A stretch of DNA of 64,000 nucleotides from an uncultured Acidobacteriota bacterium (GTDB lineage Bacteria; Acidobacteriota; Thermoanaerobaculia; Gp7-AA8; CAVUJZ01), in the NCBI GenBank assembly GCA_963741905.1, contig CAVUJZ010000006.1, forward strand, positions 20,151 to 84,150, written 5' to 3'. A program made the position numbers and the translations under genes. Of this stretch, positions 21,942 to 32,034 are shown one piece after another. Below the pieces are notes generated by a model, which ran no database searches, was not told the origin of the DNA, and saw only the letters and a list, made by a program, of their open reading frames with translations. Numbering within the stretch: position 1 is the stretch's first letter; the number at the start of each line of letters is the position of its first letter.

Positions 21942-23006
21942 TCACGCCACCTCCATCCCGTGACCGAGCTCGGGGATGACGAACCGTTCCTCCGCTTCCC
22001 GCTCGATCTGGTCCGCGAGAAGATCCACCGCTTCGGTCTCGCCGTCATCCCCGAGGTGGAAGGTGCCGTAATGCATGGGAACGCTGGTTCCTGCCTGGAG
22101 AACCCGGTGGGCCCGCATGGCCTCCTCGGGTGCGATGTGCACCGGGGACATGAACCACCGTGGCCGGAAGGCACCGATGGGGAGCAGAGCCAGACGAGGC
22201 GGGCCGAACCGCTGCCGGATCTCTTCGAAATGCGGACCCCAGCCGGTGTCGCCTGCAAAGAAGATCGTCCCGGAAGGGGACTCGATCACCCAGCCGCACC
22301 AGAGGGTGGCATTCCTGTCGCAGAGTCCCCGACCCGAGAAATGCTGTACCGGAACCGACGTGACCCGGGTGGGAGAGTCTGACCAGCTCTCCCACCAGTC
22401 CTTCTCCTCCACCGGATTGATCCCCTGCTTCTCCAGCCACTCACGATTTCCAAGGCCACAGAGAATCCGAGGCCGGTGCGCACTGACCAGGCGTCGGAGC
22501 GTGGGTAGATCCAGATGGTCGTAATGGTTGTGGCTGAGCAGGACCAGATCGATCGGCGGCAGATCCTCGAAACGGATTCCCGGCGGCCGGTGCCGCTTCG
22601 GCCCGGCCCAGGAAACCGGGCTGCATCGCTCCGACCAGATCGGATCGGTCAGAATGTTGATCCCGTCGATCTGCAGCAGAACCGTGGCGTGATTGATCAC
22701 GGTCACGCGGAGGCGACGGTCCGTAACCCGTTCCGGCGGCGGGGGACCCGGCTCCACATCCACCCAGTCTCTCCATGGGCCCTGGTCCCGATGCGCGATC
22801 CACTTGAACACGTCCAGCGCACCATGCCGAACCGGCAGACGGTTGTGAAATCGACCGCCATCATAGTGATCACTTCGCGGTCCCCCGGAGCGCCGGCCTC
22901 CGACGCTGCATCTCCTCATCCACAGAGCCGCGGCCGCCGTGAATGCCGTGCTGAACACAAAGAGACCGATCGAACGCCGCCTCCGACGTGATTGTTTGTT
23001 CATTGA
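21942..23006 (-). CDS. Secreted MBL-fold metallo-hydrolase (NAPE-PLD-like, Zn-dependent). The true start is likely ATG 23006, not the upstream alternative start.
   Basis: LLSHNHYDHLD (HxHxDH). Signal-peptide-like N-terminus (MNKQSRRRRRSIGLFVFSTAFTAAAALW). Confidence 0.75.
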   Translation of the reverse strand, partial: SMNKQSRRRRRSIGLFVFSTAFTAAAALWMRRCSVGGRRSGGPRSDHYDGGRFHNRLPVRHGALDVFKWIAHRDQGPWRDWVDVEPGPPPPERVTDRRLRVTVINHATVLLQIDGINILTDPIWSERCSPVSWAGPKRHRPPGIRFEDLPPIDLVLLSHNHYDHLDLPTLRRLVSAHRPRILCGLGNREWLEKQGINPVEEKDWWESWSDSPTRVTSVPVQHFSGRGLCDRNATLWCGWVIESPSGTIFFAGDTGWGPHFEEIRQRFGPPRLALLPIGAFRPRWFMSPVHIAPEEAMRAHRVLQAGTSVPMHYGTFHLGDDGETEAVDLLADQIEREAEERFVIPELGHGMEVA

Positions 23007-23139
23007 ATCTCTACCTCCCAGTCGCGGCACTTCCCCTTCCGGAATTGTCGCACCACCTCCTCGAGTGCAGAAAGCAGACCGGGGCGGAGGATGACGCCGG
23101 GCGCGTGAGTGAACCGCTCGCCGCCAAAACTCACCCGAG

Positions 23140-23168
23140 TTGCAGCAACTGTAACAGGTGGGTAGAAT
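23140..23168 (+). promoter_or_regulatory. Candidate sigma-70-type promoter (TTGCAG-N17-TAGAAT), ~280 bp upstream of the IPTL-CTERM gene.
   Basis: Near-consensus -35/-10 spacing in a locally lower-GC intergenic region. Confidence 0.3.
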
Positions 23169-23449
23169 GGACGTCAGTACAAGAAGATCTCGAGCCGGAG
23201 TATGAAGGGTGGGCGTGGTCGGACTACAGGCAGCGGCGTGGGGTTTCGCTCGACGGTTCCTCAACCGTCGAGGCTGTCCGCCTTGCTACATCGAGGGGAA
23301 ATGCCTCATCCGCGCATCCGTGACATTCATTCACAAACCGATCACCATTCCGACTCCAGAATGCGCCGCTCTCATTTCACCGAAGCAACCGGCGTTGGAT
23401 ACCGCAGGTGTCTTTGAAACGACCCCGAGAACAAGGAAGGAGCGAGGAG

Positions 23450-25162
23450 ATGTCGAAAATCCGATGGATTCTGTTCTGTCTGCTGGTCACTCTGGTGGCG
23501 ACCGGTGCCTGGGCCCAGACTGTCCACTGCGTGCCCGATTCCACCCCGGGTGGGTGCGACGACACCCATGCGACCATTCAGGACGCGATCAATGATGCAG
23601 CGGCCTCGGGAGACACCGTCAAGGTCGCGCCCGGAACCTACGCTGAGAACCTGATCCTGACCAAATCGATCACCTTCCTCGGTGCGCAGGCCGGAGTCGA
23701 CGGACGCGGTCGCGTCAGCGGAGCCCCCAACCCGGCCACCGAATCGATCATCGCACCGGCCAGCGGCATCGGCCTCGAATTGCAGACCGGCTCGGCAGGT
23801 ACGGTGATCAACGGGTTCTCATTCTTCGGCGGCTTCCGCGGAATCGAGTCGACCAGCGGCGTGATCGACGGGCTGCAGGTCCTCGACAGTGTATTCACCG
23901 GCTTCACCGGCCACGGACTGTTCCTCAACAATCCCGGAACGGACATCACCCTGCAGTACAACGAGGTGGACGGCAGCAGCCAGACCTCCGGCGGCGGAAT
24001 CGTTCACCTCGATCAGGACGCCTTCGATGGCTTCTGGTTTCTGGACAACAACGTCCTCAACGGCGACACCGGACTGTTCTCGGACGGCAACCGGAACGTC
24101 GGCATGAGCACCCGACAGCCGGAGATCATCGGAAACCTCTTCGACGGGAACGCCGCCGGAGCGAACCTTGGAAGATTTTCCTGGGAAAACGCTCTGATTC
24201 AGGGAAACACGTTCAGCAACAACGACTACGACGGCCTACAGGGAGGACCCGCCGGTTCCACCATCACCGAGAATATCTTCGTCGACAACGGCCGGGCGGG
24301 ACTGCGCCTGACCGGCTTCGGCGGAACCGGCGATTCCACCCGCGGCGCGATCGGCAACACCATCACCTGCAACGGCTTCACCGGAAACGGCTACGTCTAT
24401 TCCGACCAGGCGACCTATCATCCGGGAGCGATTCGAATCGACGACCAGTTCGACGGCACGCAGTCGACCAACGAGATCGGCTCCAACAACATCTACGGAA
24501 ACATCGTCGGAATCAACGTCGCCGAGACCAATCCCGAAACCATTGATGCCGAGGACAACTGGTGGGGCTCTGCCACCGGCCCCACGGTCGGAAGCAATCC
24601 CGGCGGAACGGGCGATTCGATCGTCAGCGACGGCGCCATCGTCGATTACGATCCCTGGTCCACGACCCAGGTTTCCTGCGTCCCCCTGGCGGGACAACCT
24701 TCACCCGACCTGACCATCCAGAAGACCGTCACGTCCACGTCACCCAGCGAAGGACAGCGGATCTCCTATCAGATCACCGTCACCAACAACGGCCTCGGAC
24801 AAGCCACCGGGGTCGAAGTGACCGACGTCCTTCCCTCCGGGGTGACCTACTCCAGTTCCAGTGCCACTCAGGGCACCTACGATCCGAACACCGGGGTCTG
24901 GATGGTGGGAACGATCCCAGGCGGTGGTGGATCGGCCACCCTGACCATCGAGGCGTCCATCGACTCGGGAACCGAAGGCACCACCATTACCAACTCCGCG
25001 TCGATCACCGCATCGACTCCAACGGACGCCACTCCTGGCGACAACACGTCTACCGCCGACGTCACCCCGATCGGCATCGTTCCAACGCTTTCCGAAGTCG
25101 GCATCGGGACACTCCTTCTCCTGCTGGCTATCGCCGGAACCGTGGCGATCCGCAGACACTGA
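23450..25162 (+). CDS. Secreted parallel beta-helix repeat protein with a DUF11-like domain and a C-terminal IPTL-CTERM-type sorting signal.
   Basis: Signal peptide MSKIRWILFCLLVTLVATGAWAQ. GNxFxxN beta-helix repeats. DUF11-like block (ISYQITVTNNGLGQATGVEVTDVLPSGVTYSSSSATQGTYD). C-terminus IVPTLSEVGIGTLLLLLAIAGTVAIRRH (IPTL-CTERM: motif, TM, basic tail). Good SD (ggaaggag). Confidence 0.8.
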   Translation: MSKIRWILFCLLVTLVATGAWAQTVHCVPDSTPGGCDDTHATIQDAINDAAASGDTVKVAPGTYAENLILTKSITFLGAQAGVDGRGRVSGAPNPATESIIAPASGIGLELQTGSAGTVINGFSFFGGFRGIESTSGVIDGLQVLDSVFTGFTGHGLFLNNPGTDITLQYNEVDGSSQTSGGGIVHLDQDAFDGFWFLDNNVLNGDTGLFSDGNRNVGMSTRQPEIIGNLFDGNAAGANLGRFSWENALIQGNTFSNNDYDGLQGGPAGSTITENIFVDNGRAGLRLTGFGGTGDSTRGAIGNTITCNGFTGNGYVYSDQATYHPGAIRIDDQFDGTQSTNEIGSNNIYGNIVGINVAETNPETIDAEDNWWGSATGPTVGSNPGGTGDSIVSDGAIVDYDPWSTTQVSCVPLAGQPSPDLTIQKTVTSTSPSEGQRISYQITVTNNGLGQATGVEVTDVLPSGVTYSSSSATQGTYDPNTGVWMVGTIPGGGGSATLTIEASIDSGTEGTTITNSASITASTPTDATPGDNTSTADVTPIGIVPTLSEVGIGTLLLLLAIAGTVAIRRH

Positions 25163-25186
25163 TTGCTCCTCTGACTCGAATCCCCA

Positions 25187-25213
25187 GGGGCGGCTTCGGC
25201 CGCCCCTTTTTTT
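25187..25213 (+). terminator. Rho-independent terminator after the IPTL-CTERM gene.
   Basis: ggggcggcttcggccgcccc hairpin followed by ttttttt. Confidence 0.75.
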
Positions 25214-25255
25214 CGAGCCGAGGAGCCTGGGGCGAAGGCGTCGCAGCCCGCGGCC

Positions 25256-26177
25256 TGTGTCGTGTCGAGCGGGTGGGCGGCCGGGCATGCGAGACACCTC
25301 ATCCGATGCGACAAGGAAACTCCAGGCGCAAAACCGTGCGTACGGAACGCTTCTCCAGCAAAACCGTCCTTGTCGCATCGGCGGAGGTTCCTCGCCTGCC
25401 CCTCCTCCCGCCCGCTCGGAACGACAAGGGCCACCGTTCCTGCGAGGAACAACGAACGGTCTCGATTGATCCGCCAGGCACATCCCTCTCGACCAGCCGG
25501 CGGCCTGTGTCGTGTCGAGCGGGCGGGCGGCCGGGCGTGCGAGACACCTCATCCGATGCGACAAGGAAACTCCAGGCGCAAAACCGTGCGTACGGAACGC
25601 TTCTCCAGCAAAACCGCCCTTTTCGCATCGGCCGAGGTTCCTCGCCTGCCCCTCCTCCCGCCCGCTCGGAACGACAAGGGCCACCGTTCCTGCGAGGAAC
25701 AACGAACGGTCTCGATTGATCCGCCAGGCACATCCCTCTCGACCAGCCCGCGGCCTGTGTCGTGTCGAGCGGGTGGGCGGCCGGGCATGCGAGACACCTC
25801 ATCCGATGCGACAAGGAAACTCCAGGCGCAAAACCGTGCGTACGGGACGCTTCTCCAGCAAAACCGTCCTTTTCGCATCGGCGGAGGTTCCTCGCCTGCC
25901 CCTCCACCCGCCCGCTCGGAACGACAAGGGCCACCGTTCCTGCGAGGAACAACGAACGGTCTCGATTGATCCGCCAGGCACATCCCTCTCGACCAGCATC
26001 GCGGCCTGTGTCGTGTCGAGCGGGTGGGTGGCCGGGCATGCGAGACACCTCATCCGATGCGACAAGGAAACTCCAGGCGCAAAACCGTGCGTACGGAACG
26101 CTTCTCCAGCAAAACCGTCCTTGTCGCATCGGCGGAGGTTCCTCGCCTGCCCTTCCACACGCCCGCTCGGAACGACA
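25256..26177. repeat. Four tandem copies (period ~250 bp) of the REPIN-like hairpin element, with near-identical ~75-bp spacers.
   Basis: Copies begin near 25256, 25506, 25756 and 26006. Spacers accgttcctgcgaggaacaacgaacggtctcgattgatccgccaggcacatccctctcgaccagc are identical, so this is tandem duplication, not CRISPR. Confidence 0.85.
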
Positions 26178-26296
26178 CGAGCGAAACTCTTCACGGGTGA
26201 ATCAGCATCTCCCTCAATCGCCTTTCATCTGGCATTCATCTGCTAGACTCTCGCTCTCAACCACTCAGATCGACTTCGAACGGAGGAGAATCGAAT

Positions 26297-27157
26297 ATGA
26301 ATCACCGGATGATCCGTGTCATCACTCTCACCCTCGTCGCCGCCGCGGTCCTCGGACTGGCAATCACGGCACACGCTCAGACCCCCTATCCTCGGGTCAG
26401 CCAGAAAGGCGTCGTCACCCAGACGATCGGCGTCACCGACGTCACCATCACCTACAGCCGTCCCGGCGTGAAGGGGCGGGTGATCTGGGGCGGGCTGGTT
26501 CCGTACGACGAGATGTGGCGAACCGGTGCGAACGAGGCCACCACGCTCGAGCTCTCCACCGATGCGAAGATCGAGGGGCATCCGGTGAAGGCCGGACGCT
26601 ATGCCCTCTTCACCATTCCCCATCCCGATTCCTGGACCATCATCATCAACGCTGATGCGGATCAGCCTGGAATCGGAGCCTACGACCAGACGAAAGACGT
26701 CGTCCGCTTCGAGGTCAAGCCGGTGGAGCATCCCTTCACCGAGTGGATGACCTTCCTCTTCCCGGAGCTCTCCCAGGACTCCGCGACCGCTGCACTCCGC
26801 TGGGAAAAGCTCGAAGTGCCGATTCGGATCGAGGCCGACACTACCGGAACGGTTCTGGAGTCGGCACGCTCCGAGATGCAGAAGATGAACGACTGGCGCA
26901 TCCCCTACCGCGCGGCCCGCTTCGCATTCGACGCGGAGACCGCCGCCGAGGACGCGATGACCTGGGTGGACCGCTCCATCGCCCTCGAGCCCCACTTTGC
27001 GAACCTCAACCTGAAGGCCCGGATGCTTGCGAATGCCGGCCGGTACAAGGAAGCAGCAGCGGTCGGACAGAAGGCGGTGGCCATCGGCAAGACCGAACAG
27101 GGCGTCGACACCAGCGATCTGGAAAAGATGGTCGCCGACTGGTCGAAGAAGAAGTAG
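26297..27157 (+). CDS. Secreted DUF2911-family protein.
   Basis: Signal peptide. GGLVPYDEMWRTGANEATTLELS motif characteristic of DUF2911. Confidence 0.7.
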   Translation: MNHRMIRVITLTLVAAAVLGLAITAHAQTPYPRVSQKGVVTQTIGVTDVTITYSRPGVKGRVIWGGLVPYDEMWRTGANEATTLELSTDAKIEGHPVKAGRYALFTIPHPDSWTIIINADADQPGIGAYDQTKDVVRFEVKPVEHPFTEWMTFLFPELSQDSATAALRWEKLEVPIRIEADTTGTVLESARSEMQKMNDWRIPYRAARFAFDAETAAEDAMTWVDRSIALEPHFANLNLKARMLANAGRYKEAAAVGQKAVAIGKTEQGVDTSDLEKMVADWSKKK

Positions 27158-27573
27158 AGGCCCCCCTGAAAGATTCCGATTTGGACCATCGAGCGAACCG
27201 GAATCGATCGTGCCGCCGGAAGCACGGCTGGCAGAAGGAAGCCCTTGCATCCCCGGGTGCGCGATGCGCCGCGCACCCGGGGATGATCATCAATGTTCGC
27301 GCGACACTTTGCAGTTCGCCGGATCGTCGTGAAAAGACATCGAGGAGACTGGCCCGTGGCATCGAACCGCCGTCATCGCTCCGAAACCGACTTCCCGGGC
27401 GATTCCCGCAACTTCATCCCCGCCGCTCCGTCTCCTCAGCCGGGTGGCTTCACCCTCTTCGCCACCCGGACGTACAACGTCCGGCCACTTGATCGGCGCT
27501 GAGCCTCTCACCGCGGGATTCCCGAGAAACCGACGCGCAACTGGCTGATGCTTTCACGCGCGGGCGGTGCAGG

Positions 27574-29262
27574 CTACGCCGGCTCGCGCCGGAGCATCTG
27601 GATCCCGAGAGCGAAGCTCACCACGGCGACGCAGCCGATCACGTTGTACCAGAGCCAGGCGATGTTCGTCCCGAAATGACACCAGATCACGATCGCCTCG
27701 GCGATCAGGGCGGCGAGGAAGGTGGCGGTGCCACCGACCCTCTTCAGGTAGAACGCGACGAGGAAGATCCCCAGGATGGTTCCGTAGAAGATCGAGCCGA
27801 TGATGTTGACCGCCTCGACCAGAGTTCCGAGGCGGTTGGCATACATGGCGAAGCCGATCGCCACGGCTCCCCAGGCGAGAGTGGCGACCCGCGAGACGAA
27901 GACGAAATGCGCTCCGCTCGCCTCCCTTCGCACCATCCGCCGGTAGAGGTCCACCACCGTGGTCGATGCCAGCGCGTTCAACTCCGAGGCGGTGGAGGAC
28001 ATCGACGCGGCGAAGACCGCGGCGATCACCAGCCCGACGATCCCCGCCGGCAGGTAGTGCAGCACGAAGGTCAGAAAAATGTAGTTGGTATCGTTGGTAT
28101 CCGCCGCGGGATCGTTCGCGGTCATCAGATCGATCCCCTGCTGACGGATGCCGTTCATCTCCGCATGCGCCTGTTGCAGCCCCTTCGCCGCCTGCTCCAC
28201 CCGGCCCGGATCGTCCGAGCGCATCGCCCGCACCAGATTGCGCGCCTCCTCCCGGCGCGCCTCGAATGCCACGCCATATCGCTGCTCCACCTGGCGGAAT
28301 TCCGCTCCGTACCGGCTCTGCTCGACCTGCCCACGCTGCACCGGATTGAAAAAGATCGGAGGCGCGACGAACTGATAGAAGACGAACACCATCGCTCCGA
28401 CGAACAGGATGAAGAACTGCATCGGAACCTTCACCATCCCGTTGAACAGCAAGCCGATCCGGCTCTCCGTCACCGAGCTTCCGGTGAGATAGCGCTGCAC
28501 CTGCGACTGATCAGTTCCGAAGTAGGAGAGCTGCAGGAACGCCCCGCCGATGACCCCGGACCAGAAGGTGTAGCGGTTCTGCCAGTCGAAGGAGAAGTCG
28601 ATCGCATTCAACCGCCCCAGCTTCCCCGCCACCGAGACCGCCTCGGTGAAGGAGACACCTTCCGGGATGTGCATCAGGATGATCACGAACGCTGCGACCA
28701 TCCCCCCCATCGCGATCAGAAGCTGATGGAAATTGGTGTGACTCACCGCCCGGGTTCCCCCGATCGCGGTGTAGATCACCACCAGACCCCCGATCACCAG
28801 GTTGGTCAGATAGAGATTCCAGCCCAGAAGAATCGAGAGAATCAGCGCCGGGGCGAAGATGGTCAGCCCGGCGGCGAGCCCCCGCTGAATCAGAAAGAGG
28901 ACCGCCGCCAGCGTCCGCGTCTTCAGGTCGAAGCGCCCCTCGAGATACTCGTACGCGGTGTAGACCTTCAACCGGTGATAGATGGGAACCGCGGTGATGG
29001 AGAGGATCACCATTCCCACCGGCAGCCCGAGATAGAACTGCACGAAACGCATCCCGTCCGTGTACGCCTGGCCGGGGGTGGAGATGAACGTGATCGCGCT
29101 GGCCTGGGTGGCCATGATCGACAGCGCGATGGTGTACCACTTGAGGCTCCGGTCGGCGAGGATGTAGTCGTCCAGATCCTCGTTGCGCCGCCCCTTCCAG
29201 ACGCCATACAGGACGATGAAGAGCAGCGATCCGAGCAGGACGATCCAGTCGAGCAGCCTCAT
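27574..29262 (-). CDS. Sodium:solute symporter (SSS) family transporter.
   Basis: 562 aa, ~13 TM segments. The N-terminus is typical of the SSF family. Confidence 0.85.
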   Translation of the reverse strand: MRLLDWIVLLGSLLFIVLYGVWKGRRNEDLDDYILADRSLKWYTIALSIMATQASAITFISTPGQAYTDGMRFVQFYLGLPVGMVILSITAVPIYHRLKVYTAYEYLEGRFDLKTRTLAAVLFLIQRGLAAGLTIFAPALILSILLGWNLYLTNLVIGGLVVIYTAIGGTRAVSHTNFHQLLIAMGGMVAAFVIILMHIPEGVSFTEAVSVAGKLGRLNAIDFSFDWQNRYTFWSGVIGGAFLQLSYFGTDQSQVQRYLTGSSVTESRIGLLFNGMVKVPMQFFILFVGAMVFVFYQFVAPPIFFNPVQRGQVEQSRYGAEFRQVEQRYGVAFEARREEARNLVRAMRSDDPGRVEQAAKGLQQAHAEMNGIRQQGIDLMTANDPAADTNDTNYIFLTFVLHYLPAGIVGLVIAAVFAASMSSTASELNALASTTVVDLYRRMVRREASGAHFVFVSRVATLAWGAVAIGFAMYANRLGTLVEAVNIIGSIFYGTILGIFLVAFYLKRVGGTATFLAALIAEAIVIWCHFGTNIAWLWYNVIGCVAVVSFALGIQMLRREPA

Positions 29263-29396
29263 TCGAACACTTTCGTGAAGGCGTAGAAAAACACCACCAG
29301 CAGAACGAGCTCGATCAGCACCGCCGCGTACAGCCGGTTCCAGGTCTTCCCGATCGGGGGCGGCTCTTCTTCATGCATCATCTCCGGCTCGGTCAT
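29259..29396 (-). CDS. Small membrane protein (45 aa). Its stop overlaps the SSS start (ATGA). DUF4212-like position.
   Basis: MTEPEMMHEEEPPPIGKTWNRLYAAVLIELVLLVVFFYAFTKVFE*. Single TM segment. Translationally coupled to the transporter. Not in the ORF track because it is under 60 aa. Confidence 0.5.
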   Translation of the reverse strand: MTEPEMMHEEEPPPIGKTWNRLYAAVLIELVLLVVFFYAFTKVFE

Positions 29397-29449
29397 GGCC
29401 CTCACACCTCCCGGTCAGCTTCACGGACGGACGTTTCCGGCGCGCGCCT

Positions 29450-31945
29450 CTATCGCGCTGAAACGAGGTTGGCGAACAATCGATAGGCGCCCGGCACTCC
29501 CGCCGGAAGCTGCCGGAAGAAGGAGATCCCGGTCTCGATGAACATCCCCTTGCCGTAGCGCGAGTACAGCAGTGCGCCCCGGAGTGGCTCCTCTCCCGGA
29601 TCGTGACTCTCGAACAGCGGCGTGTAGTGTGGATCCCAGGTCCGTGGGAAATACAACCCGCGCTCCTGCACCCATCCCTCGAAATCGGCGGCTCCGATCG
29701 CGTTCGGCTCGTTCAGCAGCGGGCTGTCCGGCACGAGCACTTTCATCGGTGCCTCCTCGACGGTGACGCGGTCGTGGGAGATCTCCATCGGCCACGGCCC
29801 GATCCTGCCCTGCAGTCGCTGCTCGAGGGTGTTGTACTGGACCACGAGCGTCCCGCCGGCCTTCACGTAGTCGAGCAGGCGGCTCTGCTGATTGATCAGT
29901 CGATCTCTCGTATTGAACGCACGGACGCCGATGACGATCGCGTCGTACGCCGACAGATCGCCGGCGTCCAGGATGTCGTCGGTGAGCAGACCGACCTGGT
30001 ACCCGAGCTGGCGAAGCGCATCAGGCACTTCGTCGCCCGAGCCCGTCACGTAACCGATTCTGCGGCCACGGGTTTCAATGTCGGTCCGGACCAGATCCGC
30101 CGAAGCGGCCGGGAAGAGATCCTCCCGCGGAATGTGCGGGTAGTCGATCGTCTCCATCCGCATCGCCTCGGCCGGGGCGCCACCGAGGCTGACCAGAACC
30201 TTCATCGCCGCCCTGGCGGGCCCCGCGGCCGGAGTCACCTTGAATGAAACCGACTGCTCCGCCCCCGCGGCATCCATCGTGAACGGCACCGATGCCGGCT
30301 TCGACGACCAGCCTTCGGGAAGCTGCAGGCTCACCGATCCGGAGACGTTGCTCCGGCCACTTCGAAGAATCAGATCGACCGCCTTCGGTTGGAGGTCGGG
30401 AAAGACGTAGAGGGTCGATTCCGGATTCGCGGTCACCGGCGGAACGATCTCGGCCGCGCGATACAGCTCTCCCTCGACCCGATCGGTCCACCGATAGAGC
30501 ACCGGAACGGTGTACCGGATCGTGGTCCCGCCGACCTTCACGTCCGCGTCCACGGTGAGACGAGCCGGCGCTTCCGGCTTCCCGATCATCGGTTGCTCGG
30601 GAATGGTGTAGGTGCCGGGTCCATGCGGCTCGCGGAGCCAGAGAGGCTGGGTCACCGCCGTGCCGGCCGGCACCGGGATCTTCACCTCGAAGTCTTTCGG
30701 CTCGTTCGGCGTGAGGTCTCCTGCCGTCTCGGACGAGGCCGTACTGAAGGCCGCCGTCAGCGACTCGATGCGCACCGGGATTCCCGAGCGAGCGATCGCC
30801 GTGAAGGTCACCGGCAGACTCTCTCCAGCCGTCACCGAAGGTTGAGCGGAGATCGCCTCGAGCCACAGCCCCGCCGCGTTGCGGATGACTTCCTCGAGAT
30901 CGGCCTTCTTCGTCTCGATCCAGCCGTTCGAAGGAAGCGCTCTCATCGCCTCCAGTGCACCGACCAGGTCGGGGACCACGGCGGAGGGGCGCTGCGGATT
31001 CCACTCCTCGATCGCCTTCGCCAGCAGTGCATCAACCCGTTCGCCGCCCGGAATCCGGGACCAGCTCGTGTCGATCCCTTCGAACGGATCATTCACCGCC
31101 GGCGAGCCGCCCATCTGCTCGAGGTAATTGACCAGTGTGCCCCGCCGCTGCGAGGCGCCGAAGCCCTGAGACTTGTGCATGCTCCGGCTCTCCCCGGCGA
31201 TCTCTCCCCAGGAACGGCCGAGCAGAGGACTGTACTCGCCGAGATCGACCTTCAACAGAGGTGGTGCATCGGCGGGACGGTTCTCGAGATCCGGACGCCA
31301 GGCGTTCCAGAAAATCCGCCGCGGACTCCAGGTGGAGACGTACTGAAGCTGCTCGGGGAACTTCGTCGGATCCCCCGCGGCCTGGAAGGCCTCCAGAGCG
31401 AGCATCGCCGAAGCAGTGTGGTGGCCATGACCGCCTCGACCGTCGGTCGGAAAGCGGGTGATGATCACATCCGGACGGAAGTTCCGGACCACCCAGACCA
31501 CGTCCGCCAGGATCGTGTCGTGCCCCCAGATCCGAAGCGTCTCTTCCGGTGATTTCGAATAGCCGAAGTCGATGGCCCGGGTGAAGAACTGTTCTCCCCC
31601 ATCGACGCCTCTCGCCTCGAGCAGCTCCTCCGTGCGGATCACCCCCAGCAGATCACCCTTCTCGTCACCGATGAGGTTCTGTCCCCCCGATCCGCGATTC
31701 ATCGCGAGATAGCCCGTGCGCATCAGCTTCCCGTTCGAGAGCCACGCGATCATCGCGGTGTTCTCGTCATCGGGATGCGCCGCGATGTAAAGGACGTTGC
31801 CGACCACCCGAAGCTTGTGCAGCGCCAGCTCGAGCTGTGCCGCATCCATGCTCTTCGGTGGACGCTGCCGCGAACCGACCGTCGCCGCCGTCAGAGAACC
31901 CGCAATCAGAAATAGAGAGAGAAATCCCGTCAGTGCTCGCTTCAT
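29450..31945 (-). CDS. Large secreted protein with an N-terminal PIG-L/LmbE-family deacetylase domain and a C-terminal extension (possibly ThuA/GATase1-like).
   Basis: Signal peptide. AHPDDE motif (YIAAHPDDENTAMIAWL) and HxxH motifs of PIG-L. Confidence 0.7.
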   Translation of the reverse strand: MKRALTGFLSLFLIAGSLTAATVGSRQRPPKSMDAAQLELALHKLRVVGNVLYIAAHPDDENTAMIAWLSNGKLMRTGYLAMNRGSGGQNLIGDEKGDLLGVIRTEELLEARGVDGGEQFFTRAIDFGYSKSPEETLRIWGHDTILADVVWVVRNFRPDVIITRFPTDGRGGHGHHTASAMLALEAFQAAGDPTKFPEQLQYVSTWSPRRIFWNAWRPDLENRPADAPPLLKVDLGEYSPLLGRSWGEIAGESRSMHKSQGFGASQRRGTLVNYLEQMGGSPAVNDPFEGIDTSWSRIPGGERVDALLAKAIEEWNPQRPSAVVPDLVGALEAMRALPSNGWIETKKADLEEVIRNAAGLWLEAISAQPSVTAGESLPVTFTAIARSGIPVRIESLTAAFSTASSETAGDLTPNEPKDFEVKIPVPAGTAVTQPLWLREPHGPGTYTIPEQPMIGKPEAPARLTVDADVKVGGTTIRYTVPVLYRWTDRVEGELYRAAEIVPPVTANPESTLYVFPDLQPKAVDLILRSGRSNVSGSVSLQLPEGWSSKPASVPFTMDAAGAEQSVSFKVTPAAGPARAAMKVLVSLGGAPAEAMRMETIDYPHIPREDLFPAASADLVRTDIETRGRRIGYVTGSGDEVPDALRQLGYQVGLLTDDILDAGDLSAYDAIVIGVRAFNTRDRLINQQSRLLDYVKAGGTLVVQYNTLEQRLQGRIGPWPMEISHDRVTVEEAPMKVLVPDSPLLNEPNAIGAADFEGWVQERGLYFPRTWDPHYTPLFESHDPGEEPLRGALLYSRYGKGMFIETGISFFRQLPAGVPGAYRLFANLVSAR

Positions 31946-32034
31946 ATAGCCGGTGAAGATACCGTATCCGGCGCCGATTGCGAAGCGCCAGGGCGAGACT
32001 TCACGACGCTGTTACAACCGGTTCGCGGCGACAT

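Noticed and set aside
25256-26177. Regularly spaced palindromic repeats with ~75-bp intervening sequences. Could this be a CRISPR array?
   Set aside because: The repeats are ~170 bp, far too long. The spacers are near-identical to one another, whereas CRISPR spacers are unique. There are no cas genes. The same applies to the 8031-8699 array. These are tandem duplications of a hairpin element plus its flank.
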